Shown piece by piece: positions 1 to 12,700 of a stretch of 64,000 nt of DNA; within the stretch, counting starts at the first letter, position 1, and every line of letters starts with the position of its first letter. The notes under the pieces were generated by a model. The model ran no database searches. It had not been told where the DNA came from and saw only the letters and a list, made by a program, of their open reading frames with translations. Source of the DNA: Chrysomallon squamiferum (Eukaryota > Animalia > Mollusca); NCBI GenBank assembly GCA_012295275.1, contig CM022665.1:10726001-10790000 (forward strand). The letters run 5' to 3'. Made by a program: the position numbers and the translations under genes.

Positions 1-258
1 TACTAGTAATATTACTTATATATGTACTGACAAAAAGGGAATGAGGAATGAGGAAAAACAAAATAATCACTGCTACTAAGCAACTAACAACAGTAAGAAT
101 AATAAAATAAATAAATAAATAAATAAACAACCAATATATGCATTAATAAATAAATAATAATAACAAAAACAATGACAACAACAACAACAACAACAACAAT
201 ACAGTCGACAGTAATAATCCAGACACTGATCGAGTTTTTCTCGTACTTTTACACTTAC

Positions 259-2172
259 ATAAAGTAAAGGCGATAAGAAATGCCCCAGTCTGTGTAGCTC
301 CTTGCAGAAAGTAGAGCGGAAGAAACATAGCAATGCTCTGTGAGGCCGACACAATCCCTCCGCAGACGACCAGCAGAGCAATTGCAATGAAAAACAATGG
401 ACGTCGTCCGTAACTGAAAACGTTAAATAAAACAGTCGTCATCACGTTCCCACTTGTAAAAAAATAAATAAACAAATAATAAATAATAAAGGAGTCTGTA
501 ACAATGTAAAAAAACGTGCTTCACAACAGCTTGCTTTGATTAGCACGTTAATGTTTTTGTTTTCAAGAAACAAAATAAAATAGTCCTGATTTATATATAT
601 ATATACGATTGATTGTTATTAATATGAAATACTTTTAGGCAAATGTAAAAACGTCTGAAGTAAGAGTAAGTATTTCACACCATTCTAACGGAAAATAAAT
701 GCATATTTACATAACACATACTTATATACATATATGTAAATAAATAAATAAATAATGCCGACTTAATTAGGAGTATTGTTATTTAGCTATTATATTTTAT
801 TTTATTTCATTCATTCATTTTATTTTAAGATGTTTTATTTTAATTTTAATTAATTCATTCATTCATATTATATTATATTATATTATATCATATCATATCA
901 TATATTATTTTATATTATTTTATATTATTTTATTTTATATCATTTTATTTTATTTTATTTCATTTGTTATTTATTTATTTATTTATTTATGTGTCATGAA
1001 CTATGTATCACTGAAATACAACAATATTCTATTATGTCTGGGCTAAGGATAACAAGTGTTTGTAATAGCAGTCCGCCACACTGCGCCAGCTGGTTTGACT
1101 GACGGTTACAGCTGTAATTACACAATAAAGATTATTGTTCGTTAAATCGAGCTTAAGTACCGTATTTACTCACATATATGTGGCATTTAAAAAAATATAA
1201 TAATAAAATAAAAAATATATATATATATATATATTCAATGTATATTTCATAACTTTAATTTTGCAAGTTAGTACTTGGTGTGTAACCTATATAAAGATAA
1301 ATACGGTCTTTTTTTTTTTTTTTTTTTTGTAAATTACCTATCTGACAACTGACCAAAGACGACTGCCCCAACTAAACGTCCAGCAAAATAAACCGATTTC
1401 GATGTTCTGACCCAGAATCGTCTGTCGCATACCAGCTCGAACTGAAAAATTAAAATATAAATAAATAAATAAATAAATCATGACAAATAATAAAAATAAA
1501 ATAAAATAACATAAAATGACATAAAACATGTATATGTGTATAACCATATATATGGATATATATATATGTATGAATGTCTGTATGTACGTGTGTGTGTGTA
1601 TGTGTGTGTGTGTGGGTGTATCAGTATGTATGTATTTTTGTGGTCTCTTAAAAGTACATACATGATTCATAAAAGTACATACATATCTCATAAAAGTATA
1701 TACGCACTCATGAAAGTGCATACGTGTCTGATTAGATACTCAGTGATAACTAACACGTTTAAAGCTATGTTTAAACACGAACCTCTGACACTATTGTTGA
1801 TAAGTAGGTATCTGTAGAAAACTGTGAACCCTCTGGGCACTTGACGATGCTTCGGTTGGAACCCAAAACGGCTACATTCGAAATATTGGCCCCTGCCGCC
1901 TTCCATATTTGCAGCGTTTGAGACAAACTGTATAAGTGGCAGTTGTCATTCTCCGGAATAAAAATCGTTTCCAGTTCTTGCGTTGTTAAATTTCCCAAAG
2001 ACGAGTTAGAGACGTCTGGTATACGACAGTGACTTCCAGGAGTGGCACCGACAAATACCATGTTTAAACTGTGCCATGCAGCTACAACGGAGAACAGGCA
2101 CAGAAGAAAATAGCGAATACGTTGATATTTGCCAAACTGACCAAGAATATCGAGTAGTTCATCAAAATTCAT
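259..2172 (-). CDS. SLC22-family organic cation/anion transporter (MFS), first three coding exons; gene continues beyond the left edge
   Basis: Exons 2172-1783 (MNFDELLDILGQFGKYQRIRYF...HCRIP...TIVSE), 1441-1338 (FELVCDRRFW...GAVVFGQLSD, 104 nt) and 413-259 (YGRRPLFF...AFLIAFTL, 155 nt). All GT-AG and phase-compatible. FDELLxxxGxFGxYQ, TIVSEFxLVC and LSDxYGRR are SLC22 hallmarks; 104/155-nt exons match the usual SLC22 exon 2/3 sizes as I recall them. Confidence 0.95.
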
Positions 2173-2180
2173 CTTCGCCT

Positions 2181-2181
<1 letters not shown>

Positions 2182-2259
<78 letters not shown>

Positions 2260-2260
2260 C
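2182..2260. repeat. Compound (AAT)n(AAC)n microsatellite directly upstream of the SLC22 coding-exon acceptor
   Basis: Pure trinucleotide runs; on the minus strand reads (TTG)n(TTA)n-CAG|GCGAAG-ATG. Confidence 0.95.
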
Positions 2261-3069
2261 CACAGTAACACTATAATAATTATTATAAAAATAAATAATT
2301 ACGATGATAATTGTAGTGGTAGTAAATTAGTAGTAAACAGTGATGATGACTGTGACAGTAATGATCATAAAAGTAATAATAGCCATAATAATATAATTAT
2401 AATAATAGCAAACAATTATAATATTACAAATAGCAACTACTGCTACTACAATAATAATAACAGAAATGTACTAACGATATTGGATACAAATCTGTACGTT
2501 GCGAAGTATCGATTGTCAAAATGTTGCTCAAACTGCCAGTGTGCCTCTCACACAAACATTGGTGACCTACAATAATTATAACTGATGTAAATATATAGGT
2601 TAACTTTTCTTCTTCTTCTTCTTCTTCGGTCTGTATTTTGTCTTCATCTTTTGACATGATAACCCCAGATTATTTATCTCTCATTGTACGTGTGATCATC
2701 ATATTCGCTGAATCGACATATTTTTACAAATATAAAACATTAGTTTTAATTCGTCGATTCCTTTGTAATGTTTAACTGATGAAAATAGTTTTGTTTTTTT
2801 CAGAAACCAGTCCTGCAAATGTGAACATAATTACAATTTTCCCATTTAAGTTTTAATAACTGAATATCTTTCAGTTCAGTTAGGTATTGTACCGTACTGT
2901 AAGTATCAGCTGGTGACTCTAAATAAAGTTTCGTGAAATCTTTTATTTTAATTTCCAGCTGTGCAGTTTCAGTAAGGGTTATAATAAAGAGTACTTGATA
3001 ATACTAGTTGTTATTATGCTTGTAATACGTTGCAACATATGGAAAGAAAGCAAAAGCTAAAAAATGTAC

Positions 3070-3400
3070 AACAGATTGTGATGGTATTATAATAAGCAAA
3101 CTAAATTTAACTGATACAATCTGTTCCGAGATTGACCGAATTCTGTATCATAATAAACAGTCGAAATTTAACTGCTATTTTATCAAAAACATTTTTCTTT
3201 TTTCATGCAGTCTGTTCCGAGATTGACTGAATTGTGGAACATAATAAACAGTCTAAATTTAACTGCTATTTTATCAAATCTTTTTCTTTTTTCAAGCAGT
3301 CTGTTCCGAGACTGACTGAATTCTGGATCATAATAAGCAGACAAAATGTAACTGACAGTTTACCAAACCTTTTTTCAAGCAGTCTGCTCCGAAATCGATT
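3070..3400. repeat. Minisatellite, about 83-91 bp unit, 3 full copies plus partial copies
   Basis: CA(G/A)TCTGTTCCGAGA(T/C)TGAC(T/C)GAATT...CATAATAA(A/G)CAG recurs at 3117, 3208 and 3297, with a partial copy at 3380. Confidence 0.9.
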
Positions 3401-3469
3401 GAATACTGAAGCCGGCGTTTCGCTGATCGTAGAACAAAGAACACAACAACAGAACGTACAGATTATAAA

Positions 3470-3507
<38 letters not shown>

Positions 3508-3609
3508 TAACGATTGCTTTGACGCTTCGACAGTCTGTAATGTTTTTAAAGTTTCGTAATAAATAACCGCCTAAACAGTAAATTATAAAATAACAGCTTT
3601 ATGCTCTCA

Positions 3610-3772
3610 AAAATGTTTCGTGCACGCCCTAGTGAGAATACGCTTCCGGGTTCCTCTTTTCGCTGTTCAGAACTTCCAGGCAAATATGGCATCGATTACC
3701 AAGAACTGCAACTCGGACCGGTACCTTCGCATTTCTGACGGTATTAATCTACAGTATGAATTTATTTTAATG
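3610..3772 (+). promoter_or_regulatory. CpG-rich promoter-like segment with a possible first exon (ATG 3686, donor after 3772)
   Basis: Locally high GC/CpG, ETS-like CTTCCGG, AATATGG start context, open frame MASITKNCNSDRYLRISDGINLQYEFILM ending at ATG|GTATGC. Confidence 0.4.
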
Positions 3773-4838
3773 GTATGCGTTTGTTTGTGAGTATGTGTAT
3801 GCATGTGTTTGTGTGTGTGTGTGCGCGCGCGTGTGTGTGTGTGTGTGTTTGCAAATCTATTTTTTATTGTTTTATATCATTTTATTTTATTTATTTATTT
3901 ATTAGTATTCAATATTCATCATCGTCATTATTATAATTAGTATTATAATTATAATCATTATCATCATCATCGTAATTATGATTATTATTATTATCAGTAT
4001 CATTATTATTATATATATTTAATTTTTACCTTACAATTTCCTATTTGAATTTTTAATTTATTTGCCTCTCTGAATTGCTAATTTATGGCGTTTTTTGTTG
4101 TAACCGATATGACTCAAGTTTAAATGAACTTAATTATAAAGGAAAACATATCAGTGTGCAAAATAACAATAAGCAGGGTCCATGTGCACTCTTTAGCAAC
4201 GTATTATTCAATAAATCTCAACTTCTTATATAAAAAAATAAAAATTAAAAAATTAATGCGTATAATTGTAATATATCCTGTCTATAACACCTTATTATAA
4301 TGTAAAGAATCAACCAAATAAGTAATAATTTACAAAAATAAAATAAAAATAAAAATAAATAAATAAATAAATAAATGGTCTCATTATAATTAAAATGGGG
4401 GGGGGGAAAACATTTCAGTTAATATTAACTGTACCAATATTTCAGTCTGTGATATATTTCAGTTTCCTTCATTCTTTCTGTACCTGAAATAAAATCTTTA
4501 AGATGTTCAGAATACAGACAGCTCAGTGCTAAAATCATTGGTCATAAAAATAAATAAATAAATAAAATAAAAAAGATTGTTCAAATAAGAATTTTTCACA
4601 AGAATCTTTTATGATCAGCCTTAATTGTAAATAATTTTTTTTAAAGTAATAGTAGTAGTGGTTAGTAGTAATAGTAACAGTAGCAGGAGTAGTAGCAATA
4701 GGAATAGTAGCTTGTTCTAATAGTTATTTGTTCTAGTAGTAGTAGTAATAGTAGTGGTAGTTAATTCTAGTAGAAGTAGTAGTAGTAAACAACAATAATA
4801 ATCATAATCATAACCATAATAACAGCAACAATAATATC

Positions 4839-4876
<38 letters not shown>

Positions 4877-5686
4877 TTAATAATAATGAAGCACGATTTA
4901 ATAAAATTACAGAGATTACTTACTGTCAAGTTAAATGGAGGCCCGGTCGTGTGATATATGGTAATATAAATTGTGAATCAAAATATGCAGTTGCACGCCG
5001 AGGAAGTCCGATAAATAATAGAACGAAACTGTTTTGACTGCTTTACTTTAGAACGTTTTAAAATGCGAGTATAGCATTTGAAACACGCTATTTCGGCGTG
5101 GTTTTCCAACAAAGGCTAAGTTTCGAATATCGATTTTCATGTAGGCTGAGATTAACAAAGCGTACTGTTATCTCACTGCATGTTTACTGGAAGAGCCACA
5201 AGTTCACGGCATTGTGTATGTTTAAGCTATTCAAGTAATCTAAACAGTGATAATATTGGTTATAAAGTTTATTTGAAACATCCAAGCTAACAGAGAAAGC
5301 CGACTGTTGCATTTACACATTTATAGATTAGGTTGTTTGATTATTAATACCTCGAACGAATGTGCATATAAATCCAGAAGTGACCGGCCACGGTTCAGGC
5401 ATTACTCACAATAGAGACGAGGAAAAAAAGGAAGGAAGCAGCATCTTACTTAACCAAGAACGGTGTATAGTTTCAGTTACAGTTACACTGTGTCATACAT
5501 ATGTTAATGACTAAGGATAATGCGACGAGCTACCAGTGCGCTCCCCCTCTGAATGTTAGAAAGAAACCAGATGTATGCACAGGCCAAGTTCATTATATAC
5601 AGAGGTAATCAGGTATTGCGGTAAACCAGATTTTTCTACGAAATGGGAATTATACGAACTGGGAATCTACCAAATGGGAAGACACC

Positions 5687-5957
5687 GCGTTCAGAGGTCT
5701 GATGATGCCCGGGGCCATCTCCTTGACTGTACGCTCCAAAGACTCAAGTAAAAGCACTAGTACTGAGAAATATTATGAAAAAGGAAGATATTTTCAATAC
5801 GTAAACACAGATGAAACATAAAATTAACACTTTATTCGATTTAAATATAAATCAACCAAATTTATTAAGTTCGTTTCTCTGATTGGATGCCTCCCCACAT
5901 TTGGATGCCCGGGGCCACCGCCCATCCGCCCCTCCCCCTTCCTCTGCTACGCCACTG
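5687..5957 (-). mobile_element. hAT-type MITE, copy 1 (one end eroded, internally shorter)
   Basis: Ends in GCTACGCCACTG; 5692-5860 aligns by eye with the reverse complement of 41860-42020 (CAGAGGTyTGrTGATGCCCrGGG...CTCCTTGAyTGTAyG...TAGTACTGAGAAAT). Confidence 0.8.
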
Positions 5958-6879
5958 CCTAGCGAATTGACAGTTGTTATTTTGTGATATTATTTCATGC
6001 TGTACGCAATGACATCACGATTACAGAAAAATAGGCGGTATTTTTAAAATATTAATTTGCCTGACATTTTTAAACTATTTGTTCTTGTTAACAAAGTACA
6101 CTTTAAGTTATGTTACTTGTTGAAAAAAAAAAGTGAATATTACTGGCGTAAAAATGTACGATAGATAAAGTAATAAAATGAAATAAAAATGAAAGTCAAG
6201 CACTTTAGGTGAATAAAAAATAAAACGCTGCCATAAAAAGGTTCTCCTCTCAACCACCAAATGACACTCGATGATAAATGTGGTAACTATAACCGTACAT
6301 TAATTTATGCGAGAATATCACTTTGCGAAAATTCTTTAAATTCTATTGCAGTTAGTTATGTTGCTGGCCTAGCATTAATCGAAATATGTCAACCCCATTT
6401 TATACACTGTTTCTTCATGTCACAAAAGGTTCACTTTAAGATATCTTACTTGTTGAAAGTCTGAGTATTACTGGTGCACACATATACACACACGCACACA
6501 CATATACACACGCACACACATATATACACACACACATACACACATATATTTACATACACACAAACACACATACACACATACACACACACACATTATATAC
6601 AGGAGTTCTCATGCGTACAGCGAGAAAATGTAAATCAATAAATAATAAAGAATTATCATATTTGCAGTAAAAATGTTTTAATTAAATACATGAATCGAAA
6701 TGAATTAACATGGTAATAAAACATAAAACTGTGATGACTTATTCAAGGAATGATTTTTACTGCAGAGATAAACTCGTCACTCGTGGAAAATACCTTTCTA
6801 CCTATACATTTTCCCGTATTCATCGAATTACATGATTTTTACCATTTATTAAATCTCCTGAACAGCATTTTTTATATAC

Positions 6880-6880
<1 letters not shown>

Positions 6881-6931
<51 letters not shown>
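6881..6931. repeat. (TG)n microsatellite
   Basis: Perfect dinucleotide run. Confidence 0.95.
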
Positions 6932-6934
<3 letters not shown>

Positions 6935-9549
6935 CTATTTTCATGTAATATTTCTCTTTATTGTGTTTTTGTTTATTTTGCACTATATGCATTCAAATAA
7001 AATATTTTCGGAAAAGATAGAGCAGTATTCCTCTAAACTATAATAAAAATAATATAAACAACAGAAGCACGTATGATAAATTAACCGGCCAATCACGACT
7101 GACATTACACTGACTCCCATACTAAACAACCGATGTTCTTCATAACGATTTATGATTGGCTACATCTTCAACAAAAACTACTTAGTATATTGACCAGGTT
7201 CGGGAGGCCACTTTGTTTGATAATTAAGGGTCCTTTACACAAAAGTTTGAATCGCTGATCTTGATAACCTATTAAGTCTTCTTAATGAGGATGTTGCTGT
7301 ACGTGCATTACGAACATGCCCTGTTTATTTTGTTGTTTTAAAGGAGAACGCACCAACAATTTTTAGCGGATAATAGGTTTTAAAGTGTGGGCAGTAAACT
7401 AATATGATTTACTCTTCTATACGTTACACTCATGATAATATATATATATATACAAATTATTTCATGCTATATTGAGTTGTTTTGGGTTGTTTTTTTTTTG
7501 TTTGTTTTTGTTTGTTGTTTTTTTAGGTTAAGTACAGAAATGATGTTACTTATATTTTTTATTTATTCGAGGATACTTAAGCGTTTTAATAAAGTTTAGA
7601 AATACGTAGATAAATAGGATCCATATAATCCGCGTATAAATTTATCTTTCTCATTTACTGTATATTTAATGAATTATGGACACGTTTGATAAAATTTAAT
7701 AAAACTAATGTTTATTTTAGTCAAAAAAAAAAAAAAAAAAAAAAAGTATTTATTTATTTTGTAATTTATAAAGTCCAGCTGTTTATTTTCTGTTAAAAAC
7801 GCCTTTTTGTATTTAGAGGAAGAGGTAATGTCTTCCTAATGTGTTTTAATGAATATATAATAATAATAATAATTGTATGCTTGAATGTATGTCGTACATA
7901 CACAGATACTCACGCAACACAGCTTGCATGATTGAATAATCGATATTGAATCAAGCATGTTTGATAAACAGCTGTTTAGAAAATTGGGTTCATAAGTAGC
8001 TGTAATAGAAATATTGCTACACTACATCCGTGTTTTTTATTACTCATTCTGTTAGATCTTCAGTTACATAAAATAAATTGTAACTCTTTGTTCGCCATGC
8101 GATTGATTGGCCTGAACCCATGATAATATTGTACCTATTGTTTGTTTGTTTGTTGTTGTTTTTTAACTTTAATTTTCGTTTATCAGCTGTTTTCAGCGAA
8201 AACATTTATATATCGGACAGTTATTACAATAAGCGATGTTGGAGGTTTTTAATATACATTTTCCTCTTTATTTATTTATGATCTATTGATTTGTGATTGA
8301 CTGATTTATTTTTATTATTTTATTACAATTACTGTATTATTATTGTTATTAACTCACGAAATATGAACAGCAAAAACAAAACAAAAATTGATCGTTAAAG
8401 AACAATATCAGCAACAATACAACCAAACAAAAATAAACCAGTCATTAGAAATCCTCAAAATAATGGAGACAGATGTTTGTTCTTTCTTTTTTTCTTCTTT
8501 TGTTGCTTTTTGTTGGATTTTGTTGTTGTTGTTGTGTTTTGTGGGGTGTTTTTTTTTTTTTTTTTTTTTTTTTTTGTGTAATTATTGTTGTTTTTCGTTT
8601 TTATAGTTTGACATTGCAGTGGATGGGCATAATTCCTAGGAGTAAAAATTTAATAATATACCTATATTTATCAGCAGAAGAAGTATCCCGTTTATGAGCT
8701 ACAGCTCTGGTTTTACTTCTTAAAAAAAAACCGGATATTTCCTGACAATAAGACAAATGACATTTTCAAGCTGTATCTTTCCAGTAATCTGAGACCTTAA
8801 ACCAACACTGTACACTACGAATTCATGTGACACTCGGTACCTGACATATTATGTTTGAATACACTTCAACAGTATAGTATTCAACAACATCTGAAACGTA
8901 ATAAAAATTAAAAAAAACACACCAAAAAAACACTGTTCTACAGTTAGAAAAGCTATTAAAGTTGTGTTATTTGTTGTTTTCTATATTTAAGAAGTAACAC
9001 ACATTTATGAAGCATTTTTTGTAAGCGCAAACTAAACAGGAAGGTTAACGAGAGATTTTGGTGACATCATATTTCCGTGACGAGTTAATGATGGTTATAT
9101 GGAAAATAGACGGAATCTGCCATCCATATCATGCTTCACTGTAAATAATTCAGAGCAACAGAAAAATCTTAGACGAGCCAACAAAATAAAACAAAAATAA
9201 AATCAAATATTTTAAAATCAATAAAATTTTAAAATAAATAATAAAAATAATGAAATAGTATGAATTTCGATTTCAATAAATAAACAGCAATTCATTTCTT
9301 TTTTTGTGATATAATTTTACACTAGGACATAAACTGTTCTTTTTTTAAATTATTTTATTTTATTTTTATTTTATTTTTTTTTTTCCTCTTAATACATGCA
9401 TTATTATTGTTGCTACCCTAAAAAAATAGTAATAATAATAAAAAAAAAAAAAAAAAACAGTGTTTGTATGAAACTGGTTTCATCTGTTCCGCTAAAGTTA
9501 AAGGAATGAGGTATATTTCCCAATATATTAATTATATACACATTATAAG

Positions 9550-9601
<52 letters not shown>

Positions 9602-9649
9602 TAATAATAATAATACAATTTAACAATACAATTTGAAAGATAGATACTA

Positions 9650-9777
9650 TTAAAGCGTGATAACTCGTGACTGGTTAAATAAAATGCGAATTGGTGGCTG
9701 CAATCCATGTTATTTAGCTTTGCTTAAATCGTAGTCACGTGATCCGTAGGTGTTCCCTGTGGGATCGAAAAATGCAG
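9650..9777 (+). promoter_or_regulatory. Probable USP6NL promoter and non-coding first exon
   Basis: Last CpG-rich patch before a long CpG-poor tract; reverse CCAAT (ATTGG) near 9690, GTCACGTGAT E-box at 9734-9743, donor GCAG|GTAGGA after 9777. Confidence 0.55.
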
Positions 9778-12700
9778 GTAGGAAAGAATAAGTTACTTTT
9801 CCCACCTGTTTCGTTTAATTGAATAAGCATTTCAGTGTTATGTTTTATCTTGATTTATGTAAGTCTCGATCCACTGATGGCAACACTATGAACGATACAT
9901 ATCTTCTTCTGTAAATACGAATTTACAAATGATTGTTTATAATACTGTCACAAATAAAATTATGTTTTGGTTTGGTATTTTACTCGTTTTATAATTAGAT
10001 TATTTATTATAATGACAATCTGTTAATGACATTAATTCAGATTTTATCACAGTATTACATTTTGAAACACCAGGTTTCTACATCTGGCAAAAAAAAAGTA
10101 CAGTTAATGAAGTAAATCAGACATTTTCATTAATGCTAGTGTGTCATTTATGATTTACTGATTTACTATCATTTAGGTTTAGGTAATAAATTAAATTTGT
10201 ATTATTATTATAAATTTATTGCTAATTATAAATCTGATAGTATAATATTATGTCTTCAATGACCATTTTGAAAGACATTAGTTTTAAACAAATAATGGGA
10301 TTAATGGTAATTCAGTGTTACTGTTAGTATTACTGAAAGTTGTTTTCATTCAATCATTCTGTTATACTAACATCTTATAAAGTTAATGTTACTTTATTAT
10401 TATTTTACAGATACCATTTTAGATATATGTTGTACACAGATTTTGTCCTTGTACTTATATTGGATTTGTAATACCACTGTGTTACTGTGTATTACAACAA
10501 TAAAGAACATTTTAGATGTATAAAGATCTCAAAACACAAGAACTCTGATACTAATATAGTTACTATTATTTCAAATGTTATAATATGGTATTTGGTTAAA
10601 TTTGTAAGATGATCACATATTGTTAATTATACCACATCTGGTTTACTGAGGTAATAGTCTAATTAATGTAGTCAGAAATACTTTCTGTGACTGTATCTCA
10701 ACTAATGAATTTACATCATATCATGCAGCTTTTACTTATTACAGAAAGGACATGAAAATGAAATCTAAATTTTGGATGTTAATAGAGGTGACCAGTAGTT
10801 CACAAAGTGACAAGAATGGATCTGACATGTTAAATGTTTTTTAATATTAACTGTTAGATATCAGTCATACATCTTACAGAGAACTGCATATTCCATTGGC
10901 TTTTGGTAAACAAGTTGCGGAACACTAGAAAGTTTAGGAAATGGCCACAAACTAGGAGGATAAAATTATAATTATGATATATATTAAAATAAAGTAAGCA
11001 TATAATTTTCTTTGTACTCTGGTTCTCAGTGCATTTGTCTTATTTTTTTGTTCTTACTCATCAAGTTTAGTTTGTTTGGGGATTTGTTGAGCTTTGGATG
11101 GCAAGAAAAAAAATGCTAAAAAAATTGCATGCATTTTCTCATTTACAATTTTATATTGAATTTTTAAATGGTGGATTTAGAGTAATGGTAGTATTACAGA
11201 TACCTCTACATGATTATTTGGTATATACTTGTATACTTTAAGTTATAAATATGTGAATAATTCTTCTCGTATAAATATTATGTATGATACTAATTGCATT
11301 CAATAATATGTATAACAGGGTCCAATCTAGACTAGAAAAATAGGGCAAAGTGACTTCTCCCTCTAGACATGTTAGGGTAAAGTGAGAAGACCAAACAAGA
11401 CAATAAAACATAATCAAGCCATTAGCACAAAAATAACTTATTTTCTTTCAAATAAGACAGTATTTTTTAAAAGTATTTCACACAGATTCATGCCAAATGT
11501 GGTTCAGTTATTTAACAAAAGTTTAATTCTGAGGTTTCTTTACAATTACTTCTTGAATCTTACTCCCCTACTTTCATAGGTTTGTAAATTGTGTTTATTG
11601 TCAATCCATAATTACAACAGTAAAACAAAAATGTATTTTTGGTCTCCTTCCACAACATAAGGTAGTGACAGGCAGCCCTCTCTTTAGTACTTGGTCACAG
11701 ACACAAAAGTCTGTATCGGTTAACCTGAATGGTGTGAGAAGGAAATTTGTGATTATTGTCATTAAAAAATTCCAATGAGACTTGCACAGAAACAAAGAAA
11801 GCCTGTTAATGATCTTTTACACTTGCTTCCACGTGGTTGAAAGCGACGAAACTAGAAAAATCAGCTTCATTATTTTTAACATATTTTTTGTTTGTGTTTT
11901 ATTTATTTAGTTCTTTACATTTATAGAACTATGCACAACAGATGTAGAATAGAAATATAAGATTTTGTTTTTCTCCAGTGATTTATTAATAAATGTAATT
12001 TGATGGAAATAACTGGGTTGCCTGGCCAAACACATATTTTCACATGATTTTTGGAAAATCTACCAATATTTCAGAGTGATTTTTCTATTCTTATTATTAA
12101 AAAAAAAAAGGAAAGAAGATGACGACTTATAATTTTGCCCACATCATCAACTTGCATAAACCCTGGTATAATAATAATAATAATAAAATAAATTACAGAA
12201 GTACTCTTTTTCAGACATAACTTACACACATTTTAAAATATTGAACATATTTTGAATTTTAGTTCTTATTGTTTCATTATCCTTTTACAAAAAATGAATA
12301 CACTTTTAATGTGATTTTCAGTTAGTTTACTATGAATGTAAAAAGTTGAAAATAGTTTACGAAGCAAGAGTGCATGCATTACATTATGAAAGTGACTTCA
12401 TCAAATGCTTAACATAGTTGATGGTGTGTAATTATTAAATAGTATTTTTTTTTTTTTTTATTTTATTAAAATGGCCAGATATGTTTAAAATCCATGCGAA
12501 TGATTTTTTTTTTTTTTTTTCCCAAACTGATACTGTACAGTATGTTATTTTATAAGAAAGTTTTGAACTATATAACTGACAGGGAATTTTATGATCTGAT
12601 GTAACTTTAATATATTTTACTACTATAATTTTTTTATTATTATTATTATTTTTTTTAAATTTATTTATGTGTCTAGAATCAGTTTTACAATGACTATCTT

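Noticed and set aside
2173-2271. Poly-Leu N-terminal extension of the SLC22 ORF
   Set aside because: Translation of an intronic microsatellite; the family-typical start is ATG 2172 after a splice acceptor.
2424-2657. ORF MSKDEDKIQTEEEEEEEK as an upstream SLC22 coding exon
   Set aside because: Driven by a (GAA)n repeat; the nearby GT (AA|GTTAAC) is phase 2 and does not join the phase-0 acceptor at 2178.
3070-3400. CRISPR-like array
   Set aside because: Whole units are repeated with no unique spacers, no cas genes, and the context is eukaryotic.
11316-12165. MITE bounded by CAGGGT...ACCCTG
   Set aside because: Only about 6 bp of clean inverted match and no convincing target-site duplication; possible but unsupported.
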